Below, piece by piece: positions 9,038 to 52,545 of a stretch of DNA of 64,000 bases. This stretch comes from Podarcis pityusensis (lineage: Eukaryota). A program made the translations under genes and the position numbers. The DNA lies in assembly GCA_964106645.2 (NCBI GenBank), contig OZ067047.1. One strand, 5' to 3'. The notes under the pieces were generated by a model. The model had not been told where the DNA came from and did no database searches. It saw nothing but the letters and a program-made list of their open reading frames with translations. Position 1 is the stretch's first letter, and the number at the start of each line of letters is the position of its first letter.

Positions 9038-11985
9038 TTAAGCAAACAAAAAAAGTGTTGTAGCAATGCCAAACGAAAACATTTTCTCCCCCAAAAATAA
9101 ACAGTAAGAGGACTTGCCATTCACCATTTACTCTGAGAACTGCTTGGAATTGGTATTCTTCAAACAATATTTCGTTCATGGACTCTTGTATTGAGCTGAA
9201 GTTGAAATAAGGTTCTGTGATGATGATATTGGTATCTACAAAATCTACCTATGTAGGAAAATATTTCAAGATTCAGAAGCAATCTTTTTTCTTAAAAAAA
9301 CGAGTGTATCTAAAATTAGGGTCTGACTATTAATAAATATAAAAAAATTCCTTCCTGTAGCACCTTAAAGACCAACTAAGTTAGTTCTTGGTATAAGCTT
9401 TCGTGTGCATGCACACTTCTTCAGACTAACTTAGTTGGTCTTTAAGGTGCTACAGGAAGGAATTTTTTTATTTCGACTATGGCAGACCAACACGGCTACC
9501 CATCTGTAACTATTAATAAATATGTTCTTAATAATATGTACAGAGAATATTTCAAAACGCTTCACATAAATTATCTTAATAGTATTTGGAACAGTCTTAG
9601 AAAGAGAGGCCAGTAATGCTCCTTTGCTGCAGATGAGAGACTGGGTAAAAGTGGCTTGATGAAGGGTCATCAATGGCTAAGGTGAAATTTGAACTAGGGA
9701 TTTTCTCCTAACTCACAGCTCACACTTCTTGCCACTGTAGTATAGTAGCTTTCTGTTGTGACAGCAGGAACGCCTACTTGAAAAAAAATTGTAGGTTATA
9801 CAAAATTTAATAAACCCTACATATTCTTACAGAGGTAACTCTAATGAGTAGGCAAGTGACCAATGGATGAAGTAATTCAAGCTACCCATACACCTGCAAG
9901 TAGGCTTCACTGAACTCAGAGGGACTTACTTTTGTGTATACAGGTACAGGAGGGATGTCCAACAGGTTGATCCCTGGGAGCTTTTGGTAGCTCATGGTCG
10001 ATTGCTGGGTCCCTTTCCAGCCCCCTCTCACAGCCCTCCATTGTTGCAGGATGTGCATAATGGAAGACCTTAGTGTGAGCTTGAATTCTGGTTCAGCAAT
10101 GTTTTTTCCCTTGTGTTCTATGGAATTCTTTAGAAAACTGAGTGGTAACTTGCAATAAAAAAAACCCCATCCTAAACTATATCCTGAACTCTATAAATGT
10201 ACTTGCTAAAATGTATCATCCTGTATGCTAAAGACAGTAACCAATAAAAGTCTTGAGTAAACACTGGCTGAGATGGGTTTGCCATGATGCAGCTTGGGAT
10301 GTAAAATCTGCAGGTGCATAGGGGTAGATCAAACTCCAATTCAGAAAAATACGCAACACTGAGATAAAATACTCTTAAATGAAACAGTAAATGCCCTCAT
10401 TTGTAGAAATCAAAACACTCACAGTTTAAATTAAAGCTGATGCACAAGCTTCAACTATTAGGTTATGCTGACTTCCTATAAGCAGCCTGCATTCTTATAT
10501 TCTTCTGGTGCTACCTTCAAGATATAGGAAAGTGTTTAATTACCTGATACATTTCTTTTCCATAAAGATAGTCCCACACTTGTCTTTGAACATCCCAGTT
10601 TACCAAGTAGCCCTGTTATTTAAAAAGTAAAGTTACTGCTGTAACCATTTGATATTTGCATAATTTTATACTGTCCTTCAAACTTTCTTTAGCACCCTAC
10701 TGGAAGAAACCTGATCTCTTGAAGGTGTTTGGATGATTTGACTTCAGTCCTAGAGTAGTATTTTACTCCATGTTATTTGTTTATGATCAGGTATAATAAA
10801 TACATTATTTAAGACTTTATCCTGACCATTTCTATATATAAGTATATTCCTCTGAAGGCAGTGGGACTTACACCCAAATAAGTGTTAACAGATTTGCAAG
10901 TTTAATTTATTATTATTAAGATGCACAGCTAAATACAAACAATAATTTCCATCTAAGGCTTCGTTATATCGAAAGAAATGTTTCCCTCCTCTCTGATTTT
11001 AATTACATTAATATTCTTCATGACTATTGTTCAAAAACTACATCTACTCATGCATAAATCTGACTAAACCTTTACTTCTCTTACTGAACCTTAACTGATT
11101 CTTGTGTAAAAAGATTTCCATGCTATTTAAATTACCTTCTGGAACGGGAGTATATAAAAAAGTCCAGATGGATCTTTAATTTCATCCAGTTGGTTAGCTG
11201 TAAATGTTTTCAGACGAGCAGTCTTTGATCTGAACTGACAGTTTGGAATAACACTGTGGGGAGGGGAAAGAAACCCAGCAGCTTTATACACATTTTTAAA
11301 AGTCAATAATGTAAGTGACCAACTAATGCCTGTGGAAAACCCACAAGTGTGACCCAAGCACAAGAGCTCTCTCTCCTCCTGTGGTTTCCAGAAACTAATA
11401 TTCAGAAACCTTACCTCCTCTCACTTCAGAGGCAGAGCATAGCCATCATAGCTAGAAGCCTTTGAAAACCCTCTCCATGAATTTTTCAAATCCTCCTTTA
11501 GGTTAGATTTCCTCCCACCATCTAGGTTGGTGGCCATCCTCCTGGGAGAGTGGATTCCACAGTTAAACTACTTTAACATGTCAATTAGCTGGAAACACCT
11601 TTTGTAACCCAGATCTCTCAGAAGTTTGCACACTCCTACACTAGCTGTTTCCAAACAAACCATACTGATTTCATTCTTTCGTTGGATTTAGTACCTGGAT
11701 TATGTTTTCTGTAATAGCCACTTTTTCACTGGACGCTTGTTTGGACAATTCCCGCACATTTGGAATAATTCCTTAATTCATTCATAACTGCCAGTGAATT
11801 GATTACATTCTCACAGATGCCCATATCAAAAAATGCGAGAAAACCCATAGAAGAACCGACTGCCTGTTCCAAAAGAATTTAACTCCATCCAGACCTCAAG
11901 CGAATGAGGCTTCTCACCTGACATGAGCGTGACTGTACCCGATCTTGGCATTGTAAGCGCCGTTATCTAACACGAGAGTCGCCAT
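3839..11985 (-). CDS. ACTR6: Actin-related protein 6 (SRCAP/SWR1 complex subunit), complete spliced CDS, 396 aa
   Basis: complement join(11918-11985,11136-11253,10544-10612,9125-9248,8607-8742,8460-8516,7222-7320,6190-6268,5315-5486,4143-4281,3839-3968) = 1191 nt; all introns GT-AG, phases consistent. Translation MATLVLDNGAYNAKIGYSH...REDYEENGHSICEEKFDI* closely matches vertebrate ARP6. Confidence 0.97.
4143..4281 (-). CDS. ACTR6: ACTR6 exon 10 (139 bp)
   Basis: MQPHFFKNIVLTGGNTHLPGFRDRVYSEVRCLTPTDYDVSVVLPE. Confidence 0.95.
4639..5196. mobile_element. hAT (Charlie-like) non-autonomous DNA transposon
   Basis: Degenerate TIRs CAGAGGCTTTCAGCC / GGTTGAAAACCACTG; 8-bp TSD TTCTAAAA / TTCTAGAC (6/8 match, NTCTAGAN-like target); GC-rich interior in an AT-rich intron. 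Confidence 0.75.
5315..5486 (-). CDS. ACTR6: ACTR6 exon 9 (172 bp)
   Basis: PREEMVLSGKYKTGEQILRLTNERFAVPEILFHPSDIGIQEMGIPEAIVYSIQNLPE. Confidence 0.95.
6190..6268 (-). CDS. ACTR6: ACTR6 exon 8 (79 bp)
   Basis: LKGEENTVMLDYVLPDFSTIKKGFCK. Confidence 0.95.
7222..7320 (-). CDS. ACTR6: ACTR6 exon 7 (99 bp)
   Basis: QLHVMDETHVINQVKEDVCYVSQDFFKDMETA. Confidence 0.95.
8460..8516 (-). CDS. ACTR6: ACTR6 exon 6 (57 bp)
   Basis: INVGGKLLTNHLKEIISY; preceded by a 90-bp intron. Confidence 0.95.
8607..8742 (-). CDS. ACTR6: ACTR6 exon 5 (136 bp)
   Basis: GALSAHRYFRDNPSELCCIIVDSGYSFTHIVPYCRSKKKKEAII. Confidence 0.95.
8795..9037 (+). mobile_element. 3' end of an L2-type LINE with (ATT)13 tail
   Basis: Ends GGAAGCCACCCAGAGTGGCTGGGAAACCCAGCCAGATGGGAGGTGTATAAAT then (ATT)13 at 8999-9037; a homologous segment recurs at about 57200-57568. 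Family assignment from recall. Confidence 0.7.
9125..9248 (-). CDS. ACTR6: ACTR6 exon 4 (124 bp)
   Basis: VDFVDTNIIITEPYFNFSSIQESMNEILFEEYQFQAVLRVN. Confidence 0.95.
9341..9508. mobile_element. Penelope-like element remnant with inverted terminal segment
   Basis: 15-bp TSD ACTATTAATAAATAT (9326-9340, 9509-9523); perfect 47-bp inverted repeat 9339-9385/9425-9471; homologous to 33911-34100. Confidence 0.8.
9391..9425 (-). ncRNA. Minimal type I hammerhead ribozyme motif (Penelope-associated), stem I disrupted
   Basis: Minus strand reads U-CUGAAGA-A-GUGUGCAUGCACAC-GAAA-GCUU-AUAC: conserved CUGANGA and GAAA boxes, palindromic stem II, loop-less AGCU stem III. Confidence 0.65.
10544..10612 (-). 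CDS. ACTR6: ACTR6 exon 3 (69 bp)
   Basis: GYLVNWDVQRQVWDYLYGKEMYQ. Confidence 0.95.
11136..11253 (-). CDS. ACTR6: ACTR6 exon 2 (118 bp)
   Basis: VIPNCQFRSKTARLKTFTANQLDEIKDPSGLFYILPFQK. Confidence 0.95.
11340..11575 (-). mobile_element. Degenerate CR1-type LINE 3' fragment
   Basis: Resembles squamate CR1 3' ends (reverse complement includes GGAATCCACTCTCCCAGGAGGATGGCCACCAACC and ATGATGGCTATGCTCTGCC); recall-based. Confidence 0.5.
11918..11985 (-). CDS. ACTR6: ACTR6 coding exon 1 (68 bp)
   Basis: MATLVLDNGAYNAKIGYSHAHV; donor AG|GTGAGA. Confidence 0.95.
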
Positions 11986-12130
11986 TTTTCTCCATTGGTC
12001 CCTCAGCTCCGCCCCATCGGCAAGCCAGCGCTAAATAACCATGCGGCTGAAACGTCTTTAGTCACCACCGGGCGGATCCTCTCTTTCTCGCCTTCTCATT
12101 GGTAAAAGGAACTTAGCCCCGTTGAATGAT
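11930..12130 (-). promoter_or_regulatory. ACTR6: ACTR6 promoter/5' UTR (small CpG cluster)
   Basis: CpG enrichment around the start codon, GC box CTCCGCCCC (about 12007-12015), CCAAT box on the minus strand at 12098-12102, YY1-like CGCCATTTT overlapping the ATG. Confidence 0.6.
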
Positions 12131-13832
12131 GGGATAGTGGAGGACTTTCCCGACTAAGAGAAAATACTGTAGGGGGAAAGTCATAGAGATAGGAAATAAT
12201 AGAAGAGCTCTAGATTCCTATGTTTGAGTGTTAGGTGTAGACTTGTAATCTTAGACTAATAGAGTCAGTTTTAATATAAACTCAGACTGCTTCATTCCAG
12301 TTTCAAGTTTCAATTAAGTCCATTCAGACAAGAAAGGGGGATGTCTGTTCTTTGAAACTCGGCACTTACGTGGTGTGAAGGGAACATTCTGTTTTGGGGA
12401 CCTTTTAGGCATGTATCGGGTGAGATGCTCGGATAGCATCAGCGTTCACTTACAATATCTGTATAGCCTTATATTTCCGCATCTATATAATATGCGAGTA
12501 CTGTGTATAATTATCGTGGAAACCTCTGTAAGGGAAAACTTCAGCCTCCAGCACTTCTGCAATGTAAGGAAAATTATGTCGCTCAGAGCCAGCTCTCGTC
12601 ATCTGCAATATAGTCCAGTATATAGACGTTTTATTTATTCGCTGCTGATGCACAGACTTCTCCCAAGACATTAAAAAAAAAAAAAAAAGCTTAAAGGAAT
12701 GTGTGACTGTGTGTCTCATTTTTCACCCATACAAGGCAATCTGGAAAGATTACTCTGTTGCCGAATGCTGGGTCCTTTAAACACGTTTAAACATTTATTA
12801 AAGTGGAAGGTCAGAAATTGGATAGTCAAAACGTAGTATATCACTTACACTAGTTATCCCACACTACATAAACAAAATCCTATCTTTTAGTTGAGGGGAG
12901 GTATTGTCTTCATACTTTTAAAAATTCTACTATGACTTTTCCCCTTCAGGCTTTTGGATAGTTTGCGGGCTTAAGGTGATTTTATTCAGCTTGACACTTT
13001 GCAATTATTTCAGTAGTACTTATTATTCCCGAGTAATTGTAAACAGGATGTGCTCTTGGATTTTGATGGTAATTAGATGCTAAAATTGGTGAGGAGAAAA
13101 ACAGTATAATGTGGGGAGGGGCAATAGGGAAGGAGTTCTAAATTGCTTTAAGGAGACAGATCATCTATGCACATCATCATTCCCCTCTCATAGCGAATTT
13201 GGGTGACAGGGTTCATCGCGAAGAGAGAACTCAGGAAAACAAATCGTGTTTTTGTATTACGCTCCTGATAAACGTTGCAAGTGGACCTGGAAAACAGGTA
13301 GTTAAGTGCTATTGTGTAAAAGCTGCCCCTCTTCGTTGCAAAAAAATCCAACAACCACAAAAAACCAACTCCTCAAGATATTTCTCTTTCCCAGCATGGA
13401 AAACGGACTTTTGTGAGTGGGGCGGTGAAGCTTCCAGGCCGGCGTGCCCCGCTGCCGTGAAATTATTCCACTAAAGCTTGGATTCAGCGGGCGTCATTCA
13501 CCGGAGGCAAAAGGTGACTTCGGCGTCAGGCAGCAGCTCCCGGGGAGCCCTTGTGGCTGGATCCTCGCCGCCCTTGCCCGCCGAATCCCGGCCGAGGTTC
13601 CAGGCGGGCGGCGCTCCTGGCGCTGGTGCCGCCCTTTCCCCGCCCAGCTCTGCTCAGCGAAAGCCTGTCAGCTGGCGATACTGCATTCAAGATGGCGGCG
13701 GGGCCGGAGAGCGGGTGAGCGGGGGCGCCTCCGCTCTCTGGCACAGGACGGCAGGAAGCGCCGGGATGGGTCGAGGAGCGCCGGGTTTCTTTCGGTTTCC
13801 CTGAAGCGGGCGGGGGTTGAGGCGCGCTGGCC

Positions 13833-45940
<32,108 letters not shown>

Positions 45941-48900
45941 CAGAAGACTCTATAATGTTGCACTGGAACAAAAAGGGATACATTTTAGACTGTTTTTGTA
46001 ACCTGAGCCCTGAACAAAATTTCTGCAGAATAATCAGTTCTGTCAACATCTTCAAGGAATTAGGATGTGCTTCTCTTTAGCCTGAATTTAAGATGCAGTG
46101 ATGCAGGGAAAATCAATTTCTATTATATGTTACTAATTTGTTTAATAGGTGGTGGCATGAATAAAATGTACCATGTGTCATTGTTAGGCTATCTTCATTT
46201 GTGAAGATAAAGTTCTGTTATTGGTAGAAGAAAAGTACTATTCAAGGGAGATTAAATTTGCACTATTAACTGTAGGTGGGCACAACATGGTCCATCGTAG
46301 CTAACTAATACTGAAGTAATCATCCAGAGACTGGGCCTAACACCAACAGAACTTGCCTGGGACTGTGCACCCCCTTTATGCCTACATTATCAGCTGTGTT
46401 AATGTGTTGAAACCACTCTTGGAAAGGTGTGACCCAAGAAAATGAGGAAACACTCCAACTGTGCTGGAACCATGCTAATGTTTGGTTTCTTTTTATCCAG
46501 TATTTGTGACCATTATACAGTGAAGAATATTGGAGTGGTGCTTGGTCAGCTGATCTGTCACTAATTAATGATTAGACCAGGGCTCTTCAGAGATGATCAC
46601 TGGTCATTTGTAGGAACATTCCTTACTTAAACCTTTTAACAGATTGGGGTTTTTTTTGTAAAAATGTAATCTAACTGTATATTAATGCACTTGGGAGGGG
46701 GAAAATCGAATAACTGCCCTCTTGGACTTGTGAAATTCCATTAAAAATGTAAAACTGCATTATAAACTATGGGCTACTTGTAAAAATTTAAATTCTAGTT
46801 TTCAGCTGAAAACTGCTGCAAATATATAAATAAAAAGCACAGATTTGTGCAGGAGGTTCTAAGTTTTTAAAATAATGAAGACTACGCCCAATAGGAAAAT
46901 TCACTTTGGATAGACCTTTCTGAATCATTTTGTTGAAAACATTGTCTGGTATTTGTTTCGTCTGAATTATACAATGTTTTACGGAATTGGGAAATACCTT
47001 GTTTTTAAAAGTGCAAACCAGAGTCCCAATATCTACAGTTCTGTGGTTGGAGTTTTATGTGTGTGGGAAAGTGAAGAACTGGCTTGGGTGGAAGTGTCTT
47101 TAATTAATTGTTTCTCCTGACAGCAAAAATGGGAGAGTGTATATATACTTTCCATTTTGCTGGTCCAGCTTCCAGCTTCCTCTCATAAGGTCAGCTGCAG
47201 TGATGATATTGTGGTTGAAATGAGATAACACTTTTCCAAAAAAGATCTTGTCATTTTTAATAATTTCTTATCTCTAACTTGAAGTGTCATATGTAGTATA
47301 CTCTGGGATTGCATTTGTACTCAGTACACCACATCATCTCAGTCATCTGGTCAATTCTGAAGAACTCCAGTTCTCCTCTTGTGTCATTCCCAGTAGATGA
47401 TTCTGCATTAAGTAGCAAAAGTCTTTAAACAGATGATCTTACAGTTTGTATTATTACATTTCATCCAGTTCCTGTAACTCCAGACAGTGAGATCATTTGG
47501 TCCATCCATGTTATCTTTCAGTATTTAATTTGTACAAAAAATATTTTTATATTGACATCATCAGTGCATTATCTAAGTTCCAGTTAAACAAATTGATTTA
47601 GTTGAGGAGTTTCACTGCCTCCTAAATATGAAGCCTTGCTTTCTGGAAATACTTTGATGCCCTTCGAATTAGGCTTTAGCCACATGCTTTACTAAACATT
47701 TTTTTATAAAAAAGATTCCCAAGGAACATTCATTGTTGCTTCAATTACAGCAAGCTGAAGGACTTCGAGGGAGCACCAGCTCCATCTAGTGAGAACTCTG
47801 TGAACCTTCCTCTTGGGTTTGGAAATTGGAAATGCATTTTTAGTTTAGTTTCAAGGGTAAACTGTTATAGTTAGTCTTTATGAGGGTTTTACGAATGTAA
47901 AACCTACATTGACCAGAATGTCAGCCTTATTACAAATTCTTTTTTATGTGAATAAGTGATCTGATATTAACATAAATAGCACAGGAGGCTCAAATGCAAT
48001 TTAAATCTCACATATAAAAACAGTCCTTGGCTTTTGACCTATACAAAAACCATTCTGCTTCTCCCCTCACCCCAAATGAAATGTGAGATCAGCAGAGCCA
48101 TTTTCGCAAGCAACTGTTAATGCTTTTATTCCAGAATATAGAATACAGCCACTAGTCTTTCAGTTTATTTTGAAATGTAAAAACTGATTTCAATATCATT
48201 TGGAAAATGGCATGCATGTATTGTCTTTGTTAAGTACACATGTCAAAGATGGGAAGAGAGGCACCTTTGGCGAAAACTCCAAACCTAAACATAGTAACAC
48301 TTTTTGAAAACCAGCTCCTCCTATTTAGCCAACCCAATCCTCAAAACACCTTCCCCCTTCCTTCTAAATCAACTTGCCAGGCATGACAGAAGGAACAGTA
48401 GCATTGCAGCCAGGATTACAGAGGGAAGGACAAAAATCAGATTTCAGCCCTGCCCCCTCGTTTCAGCAATAGCAGTAACCCATGAAAACAGAACTCCCAA
48501 AGGTCATCTTGATCATGCTTGCAATGTGCCCGAGAAGAAGGAAAGGGAGATCAAGGGAAATGGAGGGTGCAAGAAGGTAAGGTAAGAATTGTGGGTCTTG
48601 TGTAGCATATGGTTTATTAGAGGTGACTAGTTCCCCAAAGGTCATATCACAGCCCAGCATGGTTCACTGGCAGCTTAACCTTTGTGCCTAGTATTTTACA
48701 ATAGTCTTAATCTCTCATAGAATGTTGGAAAGGTTATGGTCATATAAAGTACCCATTATAGTACCTGCAAAAAACCCCAACTGATTTTATCTGAGCCACC
48801 TCGTTGGAAACACAAAACAAGCAAACAGAAAAATGTTGCTATCTTTCTGGACAGACAAGCCCTACAGGTGTACAACAAGAAGCTAAAAGTAGAGGAAGAG

Positions 48901-51433
48901 TCAGAGCATTGGTAGGTACTAATAACAGATTCAGCATCAAGAGTACGGTAATAGGCAGAAAGCAGGCTGCAAGGGAAGAATAGATAGCAAGGTCCAAAGA
49001 ATGCTCTGCTAGACCATGGACAGCTCCAGGATAGCAGATGACACACTTTGCATTTTAAAGAAACAAACGATACAGTACGTGAAGTAGTGTTCATAATGTC
49101 ACTTAAGCGCTTAAGTCACACTTGTCTTTTCAGCTTGTTCACTCACTACTTCTCCTGGATGAAAAAACCTTGGAGATAAAATAGAAACAAAACCTTACCT
49201 AAGAAGAGTTAATAGCAAAGTCAGTGACAGATTTAATACAAGGTGCCACTGCTGTTGTTCTGTGAACTTGGAAACCAAAGAGTGTATTTGGAATGACCCT
49301 AAGGAATTCCTGATTCCAACTGATTGACAGAAATTGTAAACCTTTTGCCCAAATTATGTACAAGTTGTATTCTGGTTAACCTTTGGTTGAAGGAGATAAT
49401 CATACAGTCATCTAGGAAACTGTTCCCTAATAGTCTCTGAGGTGGGGAAAAGGAACTGGTATAATGAACCTAAAGACTCAGCTATACAGCTGCAAATATA
49501 AGGTTTTAAGCGTGTTTTAAGTGCATTATAGACACTAGACTGGATGTCGATAGTACACTTATGTCAAAGTCAATGTATTTTTCAAAATGTTTGTTTAAAA
49601 AGCATTTTCACAGTGTTTTTTATATGTATCGAGATTCTACCTAAGAGGGGCTATGGACAGAGGAAAACACACATCCTCAAGCAGGTTCTGAAACCTTGCT
49701 ATTTGAAAAAACTTTCTTGGTCAGAAACTGCATGTAACCCATTTTTAGCATACCCTCACTGGGGGTCAGGGATTTAAAGTTAGAGGTCTAATGGTAGAAT
49801 ACACAGAAGTCATTCAAAGTTTCCCCAGTGAGTTGTAAAGCTTTTACACAAAATCTTTACAGAAAAATCTACTGGTTTATACCCAACTGTACAGAAATCG
49901 TTCAAGGCACTATATTAAGACTGATAGTTTTCTATTCAATCTAAAGTTAGATCAAAATTCTGTTGAACCCTTATCAGTAATGTCTGATAAGTTTATCACC
50001 ACAAATACAGAGAACTAAGTTGAATGTTTCCAAATACTTTTCACTGAAAACTCTAAAAGTAGCGGTAACCTATAGAATGAAGAGAGCTGCTTCAATTCTA
50101 CTTCTAGTTTTCAAATACATTTAAGCCTATTTGACATCAGAGGTTTTGCCAGTCATTACAGTGTTGAGATTTCTTGAGATGAAGCGTGAGAAAAGCTTTT
50201 TGCTGATGAAAAGGGAGGAACTTAAAGGGGCTCTTCATAAATTGCATATTACTGTTGTGGGATCATACATCAGTGGCTGAGTCACTACATTTTAAGTGCC
50301 AATCAGGAAGCAACATGGAAGGATTAAGGTACTTATATAACTCTCATGATTTTCTATGCCAGGAACTGCCAGCTGCTGCATGTTCAGCTGTTCTGAGAGG
50401 GAAGGAGGAGGTGCAATGAACCATGTTGTTTACAGTGGAAGAGTTTAAAAGGGTCATAGGCAAGAGTTGCCTTGACTTGTGGGACTTCTAATATGTCATT
50501 CTGCTGAGAAACAGAAAAAGAGCCTTCATATTTTAAACTTATTAATCTTTTTCTGGAATAGGTACGTTAGGGAAGTCATGGGGGTATAGATTTTGTTCTA
50601 CATGTATCTTTCATTTTACAAAAAGCAAGTGAATAGAACTTGAAAATAATCTCAGAACATGTTACATCTTTTATGAATTGCCCTCTGAAACCTTAATATG
50701 CTCATTCTGCAATACTGTTTGGTAAACATGTAATTTAATTGGAGCTGATCCAGCATATTATGTAGACCATATTTCCAAGACAGCCTTGCTGTGCAAGGAT
50801 AATTTCAAGGTTTTGACATGAGAATGGCAGCTTCTGAAAACCCAGATTTGAAGAGGCACATACTAATACTGGCATTGTGGTGTGCGTGTGTGTATAATCT
50901 GAGCAGATTCTAATAAAAACATGATGTGCCATTTCTGAGCAAAATAGATCAAAATAGAAGAGACCACTCATACATCCACGTCCTAAGCATTTTTTTAGTC
51001 TCAGTACAAGCTTGAAGCACAGTCCCCATTCCCCACACATAGTACTATCCCATCTCATACATGCAATGCATGAGTCATGAAAGAAAATGTTCTAATTTCA
51101 TTCTAAATTTACTTTTTCTACATTTTCTATCATCAGAGCTCAAGCATGGTATCTGCCCATCTCTGGGTCCTGGTACAATGCATCCTTCTCAGCCATCCAC
51201 TTAGGTTGAGCATTGGAAACATCTAGCTGCAAAAACAACATATAGTAGAACGTTGGAAGTCTATTCACTCACAGCTCAGTTTATATCCTCTCCAGTATGT
51301 CATCTACTTCTGTAGAATGGGGGTACATTACCATTCACCTGCTTTCTGCACATCGGGCATAGCAGAAGAGACTTCAAATACTAGATAACCATCATATGCG
51401 CTCTCAGAAAGAAAAGGAGCTGCTGCTAGCCTA

Positions 51434-51547
51434 CAAGTGAAACTCAAAAAATTAGAATATTGTGGAAAAGTTCATTTATTTCAGTAATTCAACTTAAAAG
51501 GTAAAACTAATATATGAGATAGACTCATGACATGCAAAGCGAGATAT
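51434..51547 (+). mobile_element. Terminal fragment of a Tc1-family DNA transposon
   Basis: TA then CAAGTGAAACTCAAAAAATTAGAATATTGTGGAAAAGTTCATTTATTTCAGTAATTCAAC, resembling the long TIR of fish/amphibian Tc1 elements (recall); no partner end seen. Confidence 0.6.
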
Positions 51548-52439
51548 ATATCCTGTATATCAAGCTTAGCAGCTACAGCTATCTTTTTGAGTAAGTCATT
51601 TGTCATTTGCTTCAGCAGCAACACCTTGTTTTACTATGGTATAATCAGTTATTGCTTTGGAAAACATTTTTAAGAAAGAAAAAGACATCTGCTAAACAGA
51701 GCAGGTTGATGTGGGATAGCAATACTTTTCGTTTGAGAAACCCTATGGTATGCCATTCCTTGATGTTCCTCATCCCTACTTTCTGTTCAGGTGCTGTTAG
51801 ATGGTAATCCTGATTCCTTTTTAGAATTTAAAACTAGCAGAGGACAACGCTCATCAATGCTGAACTAAACCTGAAAAAATGCAACAAATAGGGAAGAGTA
51901 CAATATTAAAGGCTGAGCTGAAAGTTCTGTACAGAATGCTTTATCTTGAGGTTTGTCAGGGCAGGGACAAAAGGCATATACAAAACAAGGCTATTGGGGG
52001 AGAAATGAATATTTTCAAAGTGTTTTGTTGGGGGCTTACTATTGGTGGAATCTGAGACAGATTTTTTAAAAAAAAAAATCCTGCTAGAAACAGGAAGCTA
52101 CATTACACTGAATCAGACTACAGATCTCCCTTACTCAGTATTGTCTACTAGGGCTGTGTAACTGCTTCATCAGAATCCTGAGGTGACTGTGTTCAGACCC
52201 AGGTGGGGCCTGCTTAAAGTCATCCAAAATAAATACCCCCCACCAAAGCTCTTTGGAGATTGTTTCTTATTTTATTTTTAAAAAGTCAGCCCATCTCTAA
52301 AATGATAGAAAAAAATATGAACAACATAATGTAAGTGCCAGGATGGGGGAGAGGAAGGAAGGAAAGGGACTGGATCTTGATCATTGGGAGTTAGAATCTC
52401 ACCCAACACACTCCAATCACAGTGCTTGGAGGGATGGAT

Positions 52440-52545
52440 ATAGCGTAATGGCTCGCTTCTCCAAAAGGGTATGGAAGAATACGATGCTAATAACCAATAC
52501 CAAGAATATGGTCTACCTACCAGGCTTGTGTGATGGGCATGCTGC
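52440..52545 (+). mobile_element. Short RTE LINE fragment, same family as 17410-18147
   Basis: Translates MARFSKRVWKNTMLITNTKNMVY versus MAHLSKRVWENMMLMFNTKMKVY. Confidence 0.7.

Noticed and set aside
8914-9120. Poly-Ile ORFs on both strands
   Set aside because: Translation of the (ATT)13 LINE tail.
9112-9124. Alternative GC donor (G|GCAAGT) 7 nt downstream of the ACTR6 exon 4 GT donor
   Set aside because: Would frameshift; the GT donor gives the expected protein and there is no evidence of use.
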